A stretch of 41,649 bases of DNA from IMG/VR virus record IMGVR_UViG_2660238349_000007. One strand, given 5' to 3'. This DNA comes from a virus (lineage: Duplodnaviria; Heunggongvirae; Uroviricota; Caudoviricetes). The position numbers were made by a program, and so were the translations under genes. Of this stretch, positions 1 through 11,261 are shown in pieces. Position 1 is the first letter of the stretch. Every line of letters begins with the position of its first letter. Under the pieces are notes generated by a model. It was not told the DNA's origin. It saw only the letters and a program-made list of their open reading frames with translations, and searched no databases.

Positions 1-270
<270 letters not shown>

Positions 271-469
271 TTACCGTTAAATCATTTTAAAATCAGTAAG
301 TTGTATCGAGTTTGTATGCTTTACTGTCATTAACTTACTGTATGTTGATCCAGTGTATTTAACCTTGATAAACTCAGTCCAGCAACACAAAACCGCAACA
401 CATTGCATTTTGTCCCGTAGAAAAGACTTGTATGTGTGAGCTTGTTTTCTGCGCCTACGCAGATAAGGA

Positions 470-1873
470 TTGAGAATGCCGCGCACTGTAACACATAATC
501 CGGATAGCCCCAATAATGACGATGTTTTAGCCGCATCTGAAAAATGGGACGCCTGTAAACCCCCCTATACCAGCGCACACATGAAAATCTGTGTTGCTGC
601 CGCCAAAATCATCCTCGCTGCTTCCGGCGTGGCTCGCCGTTCCAAATACGAAAAAGAGAACTATCTCCGTATCGATTTCAGCAAAGCCGGTAAGGTTACA
701 TTTTACGCCGAGTTTCCAAAAAAGATGGGCCTCAAGGGTAAAAAGCTCGGCGAGTGGCCGGAGCTCGCTATCCAGCTGGCGCGCGAAAAAGCGCTAGGTA
801 TGGCTGACGGTGGCCTGCGGGCAGAGTCCGTACATGCAGCGCTGGAAATGTACCGGGATGACCTCAAAGCCAAAGTCGCCCGGCAGAAGCTGAGCCCGGA
901 CAGTTTCACAACCTACGGGGTGCGTATCGACCGGATTAAAGCCACGTTCGGCGAGCGCGAGGTGTTCAGCGACGTAACATACAATCGGCTGGTGGAAGTG
1001 CTGGACGAGTGGATCGCCACTCGCTCGAACAATAACGCCCTGGAGTTGTTTGCCGAGCTCCGTCGGTTCTGGAAGTTCTGCGCACCTACTCTTTGCAATG
1101 GCCGCAATGTTGCCGCCAGTCTGCCAGATGATTATGTTTCCTCCCGCGTACAGAAACCCACCCCCACACGGCTTTTTACCGATATTGAATCAATCGCCCG
1201 ACTCTGGCTCAATGTTGCTGCCTGCACCTCTGTACACCAGAAGAATGCTGTTCGCTTCATGATCATCACTGGTGTTCGTCCGATTAATGTCCATAACCTG
1301 CGCTGGGATTACGTTCACGAGGAGGCTGGTGAAATTGTTTATCCGGAAGGGGTTATCGGCATGCGAGGGGCTATGAAAACACAAAAGGCTTTCCGCCTGC
1401 CGATAACGCCTGAGATCCGGCGGATTATCGACGAGCAGAAAGCCTGGCGTGATTCAGTTCCTGAGTGCAACAGGGATTATGTATTTTTGCAGCCACGTGA
1501 TCCAATGCAGCCATTTTCAAAACGATCACTGGATAAGCTGGTGAAAACATACAGCCCGGACGGGGCTGTAAAAGGAATAAAACATGATGGGACTGTTAAA
1601 GGGAAAGACGGTGCATTTAATACGATGTGCCGTAAATTCCTTAAGAGCAATGTTATTGCCTTGATGAAGGAAAGAGGCTATTCCCGCTCAGACCGAAGGG
1701 AAATCAGCCTCCTTTGCCTTCACCACTCCAGCAAGTCAGATGACCCGATGGCAGAACATTACGACTTTTCTGATGAGATTTTACAGGAAGAGATTGCGTT
1801 GAAGCGCGAAGCTTTCGAGGCTCACGAGCGGAGCATACTTGCGCAGGTGGCATTGCTACGGCGGCGAGGTTAA
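470..1873 (+). CDS. int: Tyrosine-type phage integrase
   Basis: 467-aa ORF with AAGGA RBS 8 nt upstream; C-terminal catalytic region with conserved R, H and HY tyrosine (…LCLHHSSK…AEHYDFSD); sits at the prophage edge. Confidence 0.8.
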   Translation: MRMPRTVTHNPDSPNNDDVLAASEKWDACKPPYTSAHMKICVAAAKIILAASGVARRSKYEKENYLRIDFSKAGKVTFYAEFPKKMGLKGKKLGEWPELAIQLAREKALGMADGGLRAESVHAALEMYRDDLKAKVARQKLSPDSFTTYGVRIDRIKATFGEREVFSDVTYNRLVEVLDEWIATRSNNNALELFAELRRFWKFCAPTLCNGRNVAASLPDDYVSSRVQKPTPTRLFTDIESIARLWLNVAACTSVHQKNAVRFMIITGVRPINVHNLRWDYVHEEAGEIVYPEGVIGMRGAMKTQKAFRLPITPEIRRIIDEQKAWRDSVPECNRDYVFLQPRDPMQPFSKRSLDKLVKTYSPDGAVKGIKHDGTVKGKDGAFNTMCRKFLKSNVIALMKERGYSRSDRREISLLCLHHSSKSDDPMAEHYDFSDEILQEEIALKREAFEAHERSILAQVALLRRRG

Positions 1874-2070
1874 TACTGGCTGCGACATTTTTGAATAAAA
1901 GCGTCGACATTTCGGCGCTCATAACGAACTACTTTTGCACTGAAACGAATTGGTGCCAGGATAGCCCGATGACGATGCTTAATATTCCACTCACATAGCG
2001 TTTTCTGTGTAATACCTAACTTTTGGCATACTTCATCCGGGGTGAGTAAATCGTCGGGTTTCTCGCTCAT
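1870..2070 (-). CDS. xis: Excisionase / AlpA-family HTH DNA-binding protein
   Basis: 66-aa ORF beside int with an AlpA-like helix-turn-helix (LLTPDEVCQKLGITQKTLCEW); start overlaps the stop of the upstream helicase gene. Confidence 0.6.
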   Translation of the reverse strand: MSEKPDDLLTPDEVCQKLGITQKTLCEWNIKHRHRAILAPIRFSAKVVRYERRNVDAFIQKCRSQY

Positions 2071-3458
2071 GCTATACCTCTCTTTTTCATGGCATCGAGC
2101 AGGATGTCCTGCACTGTTCGTTTTGAGTTGCGCCGCTCCATCACCATTTCGTCCATAGTGTCGGCAGCAATAATGTGGTGAATAAATACCGGACGATTGT
2201 GTCCGGCCTGTATCTGTCTGGTTGGGCCGATACGTTCAATAATTTGCTGATACTGCTCCAGGTCCCACCAATGTGAGAAAAATACCAGTATGTTTCCGCC
2301 GTCCTGCATGTTCAGACCGTGGCCCGCGCTGGCTGGGTGTGCAAAGAGAACAGGAATCTTTCCGGAATTCCAGTCACGTAGTGTCTGTGGATCCTGGTCG
2401 AGGTGACGACCGCGAGGAAATGCTTTAAGCAAGCGTTCAAGATCGTGTTTCCAGTGATAAGCAACCAGCACAGGTGCGCCAGCTGCTTCGGTCAGTATGC
2501 TGTCCAGCGCCTGTAGTTTGGTGTCATGCAGTTCTGACCAACTTCCGGTGTCATCTGTGTATACTGCGCCGCTGGCGATTTGCAGACACTTCAGTGTCTT
2601 TGCCGCGGCGTTCGGTGCTTCTATGCCTTCGCCATTCAGCTCGAGGAACATTTCCTTTTCCATTTCACGATACTGCTGACGGGCCTTCGGCGGCATATCC
2701 ACGCGGATTACGTTATGGATGGGGTCTTTGATATCGAACCAGTCGGTCGCATCCAGCGAGAGGGTCACATCGGCTAACGCTCGCTGTATTTCACCCTGTG
2801 AGTGAGCAAAAGGCTCCAGTTTGGTCCAGCTCTGCCCCGGAAACTGTATCGATTTGAACCAGCGTGAGGTAAACGCGCCGTAAGTGCGCCCGAGACGTTG
2901 CCCCAGGTCCACAAACCACGATTGTCCCCACAAATCTACCAGGCCGTTCGGTGCTGGCGTACCGGTGAGATTTATCCAGCGCCGGACATACTTGTGCGCC
3001 ACTTTGCCCAGCGCCGCCGCGCGCTTACCACCACCTCGCAGCCGGAAGGATTTTAGCCGGGTGCTTTCATCCGGAATGACAGTACCGAACGGCCATCGTT
3101 CTCCCAATTCTTCAACCAGCCAGACAAGGTTATCGTAGTTGATGGTGAACACGCTTGCGTTGCTGTTCGCCAGCGCCGTAGAGCGCGCTTTGACATTACC
3201 AACAATCGGCTGTACCTCGATATTGCGCAGATGCTTCCATTTCAGCGCTTCATCCGGCCATGTGCTTGCTGCAACGCGTAGCGGCGCGAGGACCAGTGCG
3301 GGGCGTGTTTCTGCCCCTGCCATAAAGAGATCTTCCAGCGTAGTGAGCGTTGCCACGGTTTTACCCATCCCCATCCCTGCCCAGATGTTGCCGCGCAGGG
3401 TCTCGATTTGATGATTGATGATGAGATCTTGGTAGGGACGTGGTTTAAAAGTTATCAT
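2067..3458 (-). CDS. SNF2-family (DEAD/DEAH-like) helicase
   Basis: 463-aa ORF with Walker A GMGKT, a DEST box (VIPDESTRLK) and LTGTPAPN motif III. Confidence 0.8.
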   Translation of the reverse strand: MITFKPRPYQDLIINHQIETLRGNIWAGMGMGKTVATLTTLEDLFMAGAETRPALVLAPLRVAASTWPDEALKWKHLRNIEVQPIVGNVKARSTALANSNASVFTINYDNLVWLVEELGERWPFGTVIPDESTRLKSFRLRGGGKRAAALGKVAHKYVRRWINLTGTPAPNGLVDLWGQSWFVDLGQRLGRTYGAFTSRWFKSIQFPGQSWTKLEPFAHSQGEIQRALADVTLSLDATDWFDIKDPIHNVIRVDMPPKARQQYREMEKEMFLELNGEGIEAPNAAAKTLKCLQIASGAVYTDDTGSWSELHDTKLQALDSILTEAAGAPVLVAYHWKHDLERLLKAFPRGRHLDQDPQTLRDWNSGKIPVLFAHPASAGHGLNMQDGGNILVFFSHWWDLEQYQQIIERIGPTRQIQAGHNRPVFIHHIIAADTMDEMVMERRNSKRTVQDILLDAMKKRGIA

Positions 3459-3481
3459 GAAGAAAATCCCTGATTAGAAAG

Positions 3482-4084
3482 GTGCTCTTGAACATCATGA
3501 ATGTAAAAGATTTATCAATTACAACGGTTCTCTTGGCCGCCCTTTATTTTATGGCTTTTTCTTTTTACAAAGGATACAGCTCATTTTATGGATTCCCTGT
3601 AAGTTTTATTTCTATTGGGATTGAGGAAATAGTTAAGTTTTCTGTTATTGCATTAGGACTTTTGTGCACCTTAGTCGCTTTGCTGCATATTGATACTGAA
3701 GAGAAGAATATTCCATGGGGGGTGTATTTATTTTTCTTCATTTTGGCCTCTTTGCTTTCATACTGGACAATGTATTTATATGGCGGTAGCTCATACCTTT
3801 ATGAAAAATCCATAAGGGATGTGGCTACCCAAGCAATACTATTGGGATTTATTAGCCCTATCAGTGTCAGGGCAGTATCTGTTTTTATTAGGAATGAATT
3901 TAGAATAAAAAACAAAACTCATGGGGTTATGTTTTTTATATCCATAGCAATGCTTCCTTCAGTCCTTGGGTGGGCATGGGCATACTTATCAGATGAGCCT
4001 CTTTTTTATTCTAAAAAATATGATGCTTATATTATCGAAAGCTATAACGGAAAATTTGTCTTGGGGAACTGTAAAAAAAAATAG
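3482..4084 (+). CDS. Hypothetical polytopic membrane protein (AT-rich moron, opposite strand to the surrounding operon)
   Basis: 200-aa ORF with four to five hydrophobic segments; visibly AT-rich; start uncertain (TTG 3482 or ATG 3497). Confidence 0.5.
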   Translation: MLLNIMNVKDLSITTVLLAALYFMAFSFYKGYSSFYGFPVSFISIGIEEIVKFSVIALGLLCTLVALLHIDTEEKNIPWGVYLFFFILASLLSYWTMYLYGGSSYLYEKSIRDVATQAILLGFISPISVRAVSVFIRNEFRIKNKTHGVMFFISIAMLPSVLGWAWAYLSDEPLFYSKKYDAYIIESYNGKFVLGNCKKK

Positions 4085-4213
4085 CTCTGAATTTATGAGT
4101 GTCGAAGGAATTGAGGGGAAATTAATTCCTGTAAGCATAAAAGAAACACAACAACTAAAAGTATGTTTTTTAAAAGCTTCTAAGCTCAAGAAAAATCGCT
4201 CAGAATGATTGTC

Positions 4214-4483
4214 TCACAATATCCCCTCTAAATTTTTGCTATCCAGTACTACCACGGTAAAGCCCAGCTTTCGCAGACGTTCATGCTCGCGCAACTGGTC
4301 AGGCCGTGGTGGTTTGCCGGGGGATTTACATTCAACGAAAACGATACGACCACCGGGTAGCAGGACAATGCGATCCGGTACCGAGCGGTGACCGGGAGAT
4401 ACAAACTTAAAGGCCACTCCGCCAGCTTTTTTCACTTCAGCGACGAGGTGCTTTTCGATAAGGCTTTCACGTTCATAGGCCAT
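4214..4483 (-). CDS. VRR-NUC domain nuclease
   Basis: ORF matching the VRR-NUC pattern (PD…VECK…, basic C-terminus) as recalled; start trimmed to the ATG at 4481-4483, just after the upstream stop. Confidence 0.65.
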   Translation of the reverse strand: MAYERESLIEKHLVAEVKKAGGVAFKFVSPGHRSVPDRIVLLPGGRIVFVECKSPGKPPRPDQLREHERLRKLGFTVVVLDSKNLEGIL

Positions 4484-4772
4484 CTGAATCCCACTCTTCA
4501 AAAAGCACATTCAATTCCAGTTTCTCTGCCAACGCGTTTTCTGCACGTGCGCCGGCAGAGTACTCCCACTCTTTGAGCATATAAATCGTATCGGCACAGC
4601 GAAGCATTGCGAGGCAGATGTCCATGTACTGAGCCTGTGTCAAACCATCGGGTAAAGTTGCGGGGTTAAGCACAATATATCCCTTGTCCGTTAGCCTCTT
4701 TGCTGCGGAATGAAAAGCCGGGCGGTTAAATTGCTCGTAACCGCTCATCGGCCCGGCAACGTAAACGATCAT
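4473..4772 (-). CDS. Nucleoside 2-deoxyribosyltransferase-like protein (DUF4406/DUF1937-like)
   Basis: 99-aa ORF beginning MIVYVAGPMSG, a pattern typical of this fold; commonly found beside phage DNA polymerases. Confidence 0.45.
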   Translation of the reverse strand: MIVYVAGPMSGYEQFNRPAFHSAAKRLTDKGYIVLNPATLPDGLTQAQYMDICLAMLRCADTIYMLKEWEYSAGARAENALAEKLELNVLFEEWDSDGL

Positions 4773-4984
4773 TCTTCGACCACCTTACGCTTTTCACGCA
4801 TATTCTGCATCAGGCAAAAATCAGATCTGCGTTCACTCCATTCCTGATTCAATTCGTGATGTGATTCGCGGTTGGCTTTTGCCCAGACCTTCGCTGCCCG
4901 GTCATATTCGCCGGATTGTTCAAGTCGCAAAGCCTCCCTTGCGGCCCTGTAATAAAGTGGATTGTCCCGGTATTTAAATGACAT
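4769..4984 (-). CDS. Small hypothetical protein, possibly a PerC-like regulator
   Basis: 71-aa ORF translationally coupled to neighbours; the YYRAAREALRLEQSGEYDRAAKVW stretch resembles PerC/Pch-like proteins from memory only. Confidence 0.3.
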   Translation of the reverse strand: MSFKYRDNPLYYRAAREALRLEQSGEYDRAAKVWAKANRESHHELNQEWSERRSDFCLMQNMREKRKVVEE

Positions 4985-4989
4985 AGGAG

Positions 4990-7053
4990 TTAATCCTTAC
5001 GGTAGTGGTACGCCTCAAAACCGCCAGCGTTCAGTGGGATATCGGGTGCCCATTCGGGGTTAGTGGAGAGAAGCGCGGAAAGCGCTTTATCGTTGAAATC
5101 TTCTGTGTCAGGTGCTTCGGTGATCACCTCGTCGTGTACCGTCAACACAATGCTGTAACCGGCATCTTCGATAAGCGGCATGTTTCCGGCCAGAACGTCG
5201 CGGGCGGCTGCCTGGGTGACGTTCTCCACCAGCTTTCCGCCGTAGGTTTTGAGTCGTTGCCATTTACGCGAATAAGAGTTAACACCCATGTAGGTGATAT
5301 TTCCTTTTTCGATAACCGGAGACGGGTAGCATACAGCGCGTCCGGATGGTAGCTGTATGCGCAGCCACGCGCCATCACGTCGGATTTTAAGATAGCCGCA
5401 ATACAATGTTTTTTGCGGTGTGGCGATTGCTGTGCGGACGGTGCGCTCCAGTTCGTACCAGAAATCGCAGGTCGCCGGGTGCGCCCTGCGCCAGAGACGT
5501 TTAAGTGAGTCGCAGGCGATAAATACCCGTTCAGAAAGCCCGTAGGTTGACTTGCGTTTAACCGATTCGTCGTACCAGCTTTTCGCCTCGCGGATAACAT
5601 CGCGGGGAATGTTTGGTAGTGCGGCGTTCGCCAGCTCGTCGAGATCGAGACCGTAAACCAGTGCAAAAGTGATGAAGGCCGACACACCACCACCATAACC
5701 CAGACCGAGTTCCATGACTTTACCGATCTGACGCATGTGTTTATCAACATCATCTGGTGCAATATCGAAAGCTTTTGCATACGCCAGTTTATATAAGTCC
5801 GGACCCGTTCCGGCGTCGTACTCTCTGAATGCATTCAGTTTCCATTCTTCTCCCGCCAGCCATGCCAGCATACGGCCTTCAATGTTCGACAAGTCACTTA
5901 CCACCAGCTTTTTGCCTGTTGGCGCGATAATGCAGCCACGTAACGCTGAACTGGTTAGTTCCATGATATTGTCAAACAGCAGGTCTGCACATCCGGCTTT
6001 CAGTGCTTCGATGCCTTCGTCTATTTGTTCCTGTTTTAGTGAAGGGCGGGGAAGGTTCTGGGGCTGGAATAGCCGTCCGGCCCAACGACCGGTACGTGAC
6101 GCCCCGCAGAACTGTAGCGTACCGCGTAAGCGCCCGTCGTGGCTTACGCCTTTCATCAGTGCCTTGTATTTACTGGTGCTGGTAGTACTGGCCTGCAGGC
6201 GGATAGCCAGCAGTTCTTTCACGGCAGATGGTAAATCGGGGTCGGCAATACGACGTTCCAGAGTACTGCGTTGCATGTCTGGTAGCTCCACACCGTAGGA
6301 TTCAACAATGTGCTTAATCAACGCGTCTCGTTGTGTGGCTGCCTGCACTTCGCCATCAGTCATTTCCTGTGTACGCTTTGCTAGGCGCTTTTGTTCCTGG
6401 TCTACCGCTTCGATCGCAGCGCGTGCGAGTTGCATGTCCATGCAGACGCCCCGGTCATTGATCTGCTGATCACGATGCCAGAGCGCCAGTTCTGTCCCCT
6501 GATAATTCCACTTCGGCAGACGTTTATAGACTTCGCGCATTGCCTCGATATCCAGTCCGGCGTAAGCAACAAAGCGCCGCCATTCTTCCGGGTGGGTTTT
6601 ACTGGTGGCCCGACGCAGTTTGCTGTTTTTCGGGCGTGGCTTACAGAACAGCTGGATCAGCGCTTTACCTTCTTTGTCCTTCGCTTTGTCTTGCGGGACG
6701 CCTAGTACTTCGCAGAGTTCCCCCAGAGACCCCGGGAGACCGTGCGCCAGCGCCTGCACCATCGTGTCGCGCCAACGTTCGACTGGCGGTGCCAGTCGCG
6801 GCATTGCATAACGCAGAACGGTGCGGTCGAAGTGAGAGTTATGGAAATAAAGCAGGGTTTCAGGGTCTGCGATTGCTTCGTATAAGCCGTGTGGAATACC
6901 ACCACCGGCAGTGATATCCCACACGTTTACTGGCCCGTCGTTGATAGCCCATGCGAAAAGCATCACTTCAACGCCTTCGGCATACGCATGGGTACCGTTG
7001 TTGATCGGAATGTCACAATAGGTTTCCAGGTCGCCCCATAGTATATTGGACAT
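4990..7053 (-). CDS. Family-A DNA polymerase with N-terminal 3'-5' exonuclease domain
   Basis: 687-aa ORF; N-terminal exonuclease-like region (WGDLETY…) and C-terminal family-A palm motifs (…[12 protein letters not shown]…, …LTVHDEV…); GAGGA RBS. Confidence 0.88.
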   Translation of the reverse strand: MSNILWGDLETYCDIPINNGTHAYAEGVEVMLFAWAINDGPVNVWDITAGGGIPHGLYEAIADPETLLYFHNSHFDRTVLRYAMPRLAPPVERWRDTMVQALAHGLPGSLGELCEVLGVPQDKAKDKEGKALIQLFCKPRPKNSKLRRATSKTHPEEWRRFVAYAGLDIEAMREVYKRLPKWNYQGTELALWHRDQQINDRGVCMDMQLARAAIEAVDQEQKRLAKRTQEMTDGEVQAATQRDALIKHIVESYGVELPDMQRSTLERRIADPDLPSAVKELLAIRLQASTTSTSKYKALMKGVSHDGRLRGTLQFCGASRTGRWAGRLFQPQNLPRPSLKQEQIDEGIEALKAGCADLLFDNIMELTSSALRGCIIAPTGKKLVVSDLSNIEGRMLAWLAGEEWKLNAFREYDAGTGPDLYKLAYAKAFDIAPDDVDKHMRQIGKVMELGLGYGGGVSAFITFALVYGLDLDELANAALPNIPRDVIREAKSWYDESVKRKSTYGLSERVFIACDSLKRLWRRAHPATCDFWYELERTVRTAIATPQKTLYCGYLKIRRDGAWLRIQLPSGRAVCYPSPVIEKGNITYMGVNSYSRKWQRLKTYGGKLVENVTQAAARDVLAGNMPLIEDAGYSIVLTVHDEVITEAPDTEDFNDKALSALLSTNPEWAPDIPLNAGGFEAYHYRKD

Positions 7054-7114
7054 AAAATATCCTCATATGGTATATGGTTAAATGCTAGATATCATGAATT
7101 AAAGGAGACAACTA

Positions 7115-7804
7115 ATGACTGTGGGTAATAAGAGACAGCCTAATGGATTACCTGAATATTATTGTCACCGTGGTAACGACATAAAAGATGCGATAGTTCG
7201 GGATTTTATTATTCAGCCTGTTGCACACCTGAAACTTATTACTGGACAAACTAAAACCAGTTATTCCGGTTATCCGTTAACCGATCAGTACTATTGTTTT
7301 TCATTTAAAAAACGCTCTGATGAAAATTGTACAGGGGCTTTTTTCTGTGGTAGAGATGTTGCAAAGGATTTCATTCGGCGTATCGGTTGTACAGAGCTGC
7401 CGTTATTTAATCCTATGAAATCGGATACCAGTGCAGCAATAGAACGTTCCGGTTCTGGCTCAGGTAGTTCTGGTATTACTGTCAAGCCAAATGCTGACAA
7501 AAAGCTATTTATAGACGCAGCTCGTCTGTTAATGACGCTGTGGGATTCAACAAGTAAGGGACAAACCCCACTGGCGTCGGTTCTTAATGAAGCAATTTCT
7601 GGTGGTATAGATAAACCTCCAGAAATTAGACATGTAGTGGCGGTTAATACAATGTTGGGTAACACAAAAAATACTTTAACTGGTTTGCTGGATAAAGCAA
7701 GAGCGAAGTATCCTGATGTGTTATTCAGAGATTTTGATTTCACGCCTCTTAACGAGATTGTAAAACGTTCAAAATCATATAATAAGCATCCCCCTTGTTA
7801 TTGA
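7115..7804 (+). CDS. Hypothetical two-domain Cys-rich protein (moron on opposite strand)
   Basis: 229-aa ORF with strong RBS AAAGGAGA; Cys/His-rich N-terminal half, SGSGSGSSG linker, helical C-terminal half; AT-rich compared with flanks. Confidence 0.5.
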   Translation: MTVGNKRQPNGLPEYYCHRGNDIKDAIVRDFIIQPVAHLKLITGQTKTSYSGYPLTDQYYCFSFKKRSDENCTGAFFCGRDVAKDFIRRIGCTELPLFNPMKSDTSAAIERSGSGSGSSGITVKPNADKKLFIDAARLLMTLWDSTSKGQTPLASVLNEAISGGIDKPPEIRHVVAVNTMLGNTKNTLTGLLDKARAKYPDVLFRDFDFTPLNEIVKRSKSYNKHPPCY

Positions 7805-8439
7805 GTATCAGACACTGTATTGGTAGGAAGGCCTATCATTTCATTTAATGTCTCTCGATGTACTGCTGGTGCTAAAGGGACTGGCGGTGCGTCTGTTGGA
7901 AGCAGTTCTTTAGCTTCGGGCCATACATCCAGTAATCGTTTTACTGTCCGAACTTTATTTAGAGCCGCGCTGACGTTCTGTATGATTTCGGTTTCATCAC
8001 TTTTAATTTGTGTGTAGAGAGCATCAAAGCTATAAAACTCCGTTACCAGAGGATCTTCGCCAAGTAGAGTAAATTCTGCAGGTGCTATTTTATTAATATG
8101 CTCGGGGGCTCCTGATTCATAACCTCTGTAGTTGCCATTGAAATAAATGTTTGCTCTGGCTCCAGCCAGATTGAGATATATGCAGCAATCTTTTCGAATT
8201 AAAGAACTATTGGTTTTTAATGAATCAGGGATTTTTGTTACCATGGATTCAATCTTTTTTATATTTTTTAATATTTCAGCTTCTTTCTCTACGCCCCCGA
8301 TAGCTGCAAGCCGAACACGTTCGGCCCATTCAACACGAGCAGCTCGTAGTGCTGATTTACGTTTGGGGATACCCGCTTTCTCAAGTGCGTTATTGATGAT
8401 TTGAGTTTTAAGGTGATTAGTTAATACGGGCTGTGACAT
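7798..8439 (-). CDS. Hypothetical protein
   Basis: ORF in the early-left operon; start trimmed to MSQPVL with GAGGGA RBS; no recognisable motif. Confidence 0.5.
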   Translation of the reverse strand: MSQPVLTNHLKTQIINNALEKAGIPKRKSALRAARVEWAERVRLAAIGGVEKEAEILKNIKKIESMVTKIPDSLKTNSSLIRKDCCIYLNLAGARANIYFNGNYRGYESGAPEHINKIAPAEFTLLGEDPLVTEFYSFDALYTQIKSDETEIIQNVSAALNKVRTVKRLLDVWPEAKELLPTDAPPVPLAPAVHRETLNEMIGLPTNTVSDTQ

Positions 8440-8490
8440 TATTCTTTCCCTCATGAGATACCCCAGCACGTAGCTGGGGGATGAATATTT

Positions 8491-9039
8491 TTAAATTAGT
8501 GCTTCAGCATCAGCACCTTCGCTGATATCGTCGAAATCGTCAGCGCTTGCCACTCCGCCGCCAGCGAATGCATCGCCGTCTCGCAGGAACTGGACTCCTC
8601 CGAGTGAGGCATTAATGCGTTTACCGAAATTATTGTCCTGTGCCCAGATATCGATAACGGCGTTTACATAGCACCCTGCATAGGGACGTCCATCAGCCTG
8701 AATTAGTGGCGAACGATCGCGATCAAGAACAGCTGGGCGCGCTTTGTTAGCAGCGTTCAGGAAGAAATTGCCGGGAAAGCCTTCATACTCTGCTTTTTCA
8801 TCACCATCATGCAGGCACAGATTGAGTTTTTTCTCCAGCTGGTTATAAATGGACTCCCACTTCTCCCCCCATTTTTCCTTCGCTACCTGCTTCATAGCTT
8901 TACGGATTTCTTCCAGTTGTGGGTGTTTGGGTGACATTAAAAATACTGCGGAGAAACGTGGATCGCCTTCGCCGTTTACTGTTTTAGCTTCAAACAGAGA
9001 CGGGAAGGCCAGACGAACATTGTTCAGCTTCAGTTTCAT
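8491..9039 (-). CDS. Phage SSB-like protein (DUF2815-like)
   Basis: 182-aa ORF with acidic C-terminal tail (DDFDDISEGADAEALI) typical of SSB partner-binding tails; sits beside the DUF2800-like nuclease. Confidence 0.55.
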   Translation of the reverse strand: MKLKLNNVRLAFPSLFEAKTVNGEGDPRFSAVFLMSPKHPQLEEIRKAMKQVAKEKWGEKWESIYNQLEKKLNLCLHDGDEKAEYEGFPGNFFLNAANKARPAVLDRDRSPLIQADGRPYAGCYVNAVIDIWAQDNNFGKRINASLGGVQFLRDGDAFAGGGVASADDFDDISEGADAEALI

Positions 9040-9054
9040 GGGTATTTCCTTAAA

Positions 9055-10356
9055 TCAGATGAGGTCTGCGGTTAGCGTATCGTCGGATACGTCGTCGAAA
9101 TCATTTACAGGGTTGATATTGAGTGCGGGGCGTGGGTCTGACTCGGGAACGACGGTGGGTTTACCATCAGCTCGTGTTATCAGTGCCTCGACTTTTGACC
9201 AACGGCGCGGACTGGCCTTTTTGATAAGTTTTTCGGCTTTTGTGGGACTAATAAGTTTAAAGTCGAATACTTCTTCAGTTTTGTACCTGAACTGGTCCTT
9301 CAGAAGTGCGCGAGCTGCCTCTTCATCAATCCAGGCCCGGTTACCTTGTTTTCCTGTTACCAGTTTAAACCCCGGTACCGGATGTCCGGCATTGAGTTCA
9401 TTGTGAACCCGGTCCCGTACTGCCTTTAGCCAGGATTCAATAAAGTCGGCCTGGCTATAGATCTCCGCAAGCTGCTCAATGGTTAACAGAGGTACACGTG
9501 CACTGGCATTGGTGATTATTTCGCTGACAGGCTTTGTCAGATCTTCAAAATCGCTGGCCGCTGTTTGTAAATGCTGCATTTTCTGGGCAGTGCAAATAGC
9601 TTTTGCTTTACAGAAGCGGCACTGTTTTTCTCCAGGTATGAAGTTTTCCAGCGGTAGTGTCTCAATGCCTTCGCATTCAGCAATATTGAGAACAAGGATC
9701 GCACTGGTTGCGGCCTCCTGTGCCCGTTCACCGAAAGACTGAAGTTCCTGTACGGTTAACGACCATTCTGAAACGTGGTTGAGCCTTGGCTGGTGAATAA
9801 ATAATCTTACAGTCTCAAAGTCATACAGCATGCTGAATTGTTCGAGCGCACCCAGAGCATACAGTTGTAGTTGCTCATTTTGTTCTGCATCAATGCGGAC
9901 GCCTTTGCCATATTTCAGGTCGTGGATTTGTAATTCGTTACCCGCGATGATTATGCCGTCGGCAGTTCCGAAAGATTCTTCCACACCCGTTATATGTGAG
10001 AAATCAACACGTTGTTCAACCAATAGTTCATTATTCTGTGCAAGAGTCCAGACCGTATCAACATACCGGCCAACGGCTTCGACCATTTCATCATCCACCT
10101 GTGGGCCAGATGTATCATCAGGATTTTCGCGAAGGGGGTATGAGCCGAGAAACATAGAAACATTGCATCCGGCGTAGTGTTCCGGATGGCTTTGCCTGTT
10201 TCGTAGAACTTTTTCAGCAAGCGCGTGCGCTGCAGTGCCCTCGATTGCAAAAGTTGTTTCTTTATCCGGTTGTGTAGCCTCCAGCGCCAGACTTCCTGGG
10301 CAGCGCATCCATCGATGCGCTGATGATGGAGAAAGTTGTGCATGAACGTCTGGCAT
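9055..10356 (-). CDS. PD-(D/E)XK / Cas4-like nuclease (DUF2800-like)
   Basis: 433-aa ORF; N-terminal [14 protein letters not shown] and a C-terminal Cys cluster (CRFC…C) match the RecB/Cas4-type nuclease pattern. Confidence 0.65.
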   Translation of the reverse strand: MPDVHAQLSPSSAHRWMRCPGSLALEATQPDKETTFAIEGTAAHALAEKVLRNRQSHPEHYAGCNVSMFLGSYPLRENPDDTSGPQVDDEMVEAVGRYVDTVWTLAQNNELLVEQRVDFSHITGVEESFGTADGIIIAGNELQIHDLKYGKGVRIDAEQNEQLQLYALGALEQFSMLYDFETVRLFIHQPRLNHVSEWSLTVQELQSFGERAQEAATSAILVLNIAECEGIETLPLENFIPGEKQCRFCKAKAICTAQKMQHLQTAASDFEDLTKPVSEIITNASARVPLLTIEQLAEIYSQADFIESWLKAVRDRVHNELNAGHPVPGFKLVTGKQGNRAWIDEEAARALLKDQFRYKTEEVFDFKLISPTKAEKLIKKASPRRWSKVEALITRADGKPTVVPESDPRPALNINPVNDFDDVSDDTLTADLI

Positions 10357-10358
10357 GA

Positions 10359-11261
10359 TTAACCCTCCAGTGCTTTTTCAGCCAGGGTGATTACTTCAGC
10401 GAGATTTTCATCCGTTACTTCACCAAGTTTCCTGGCTCCCTGTTTTTCCAGAATTGCAATAGCTTCTGCCCGGTAACCCCCTTTTGCTAACTGGAGGATC
10501 AACCCTTCAGCTTGTTTGCGTAGTGCCGCGAAATCAATTGTATGGTCATCTTTGGCGTCATTATTCTGGCTGGAATTTGCTGCGTCTCTGCGTGCAAATT
10601 CTTCCTGCAGCTGAAGGTACTCAACACGGTTGATCTCGATATGGCCTTTTTTCAGCATCTCGTTCAACTTGCGTAAGGTGTGGAGTTCACTGGCTGCTGT
10701 GCCGGATACATTTTTGACGTAAAACGGCCCCGTGCGTTCTCCATCTTTGTTACTGGCCTTTTTCGGCTTAACTTCATCACGCCCATCCGCAGGTGCATCA
10801 AGTAGCTGCTCGGCAAAAGCACGCCGCTCGCCGATGGTTGGCAGGTCGTCCCAGAACTTAAGGATGTTACGGGACAGGTCCAGGAGAGCTGGTTTAAGCA
10901 GCGCCCTGGCTCGTTTGACGCCCTGCAATGCGCTGTCGAGAGCATCAATCTGAACTACTCGTTTATCGCCTTCAGCATCACGGTAGGCAACAGCACGTTG
11001 CAGCATGTCTTCTGTGATAGGGGTGGCTACCGGGTAGAAACCAGCCAGTGCGATAACGTCGCTGAACTCCAGATCATCCAGTGTCATTGCCGCTGACATA
11101 TTTTCAGTTTCAGTTGCTGTATCCCGACATTCCTGCACTCGTGAAATCGTGTCAGGATGCATAACAATACCTGATGCCATTGTGCGGATAAGACGTTCAA
11201 GCAGCGCATTATGTTGTGCCAGAAGTTGATTATTAAGTTCGAGACTGGTTTCTAAACTCAT
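10359..11261 (-). CDS. Hypothetical early protein
   Basis: 300-aa ORF, codon usage consistent with neighbours; translationally coupled to the upstream small ORF (ATGA overlap). Confidence 0.5.
   Translation of the reverse strand: MSLETSLELNNQLLAQHNALLERLIRTMASGIVMHPDTISRVQECRDTATETENMSAAMTLDDLEFSDVIALAGFYPVATPITEDMLQRAVAYRDAEGDKRVVQIDALDSALQGVKRARALLKPALLDLSRNILKFWDDLPTIGERRAFAEQLLDAPADGRDEVKPKKASNKDGERTGPFYVKNVSGTAASELHTLRKLNEMLKKGHIEINRVEYLQLQEEFARRDAANSSQNNDAKDDHTIDFAALRKQAEGLILQLAKGGYRAEAIAILEKQGARKLGEVTDENLAEVITLAEKALEG

Noticed and set aside
3966-4208. 80-aa plus-strand ORF overlapping the end of the membrane protein gene
   Set aside because: Alternative frame over AT-rich sequence with no RBS and Lys/Asn-rich composition; likely chance ORF.
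5142-5834. 230-aa minus-strand ORF and other long ORFs overlapping the polymerase gene (5005-5352, 5735-6298, 6391-6914)
   Set aside because: They lie entirely inside the DNA polymerase gene in other frames or strand, have no RBS and odd composition; treated as frame shadows.
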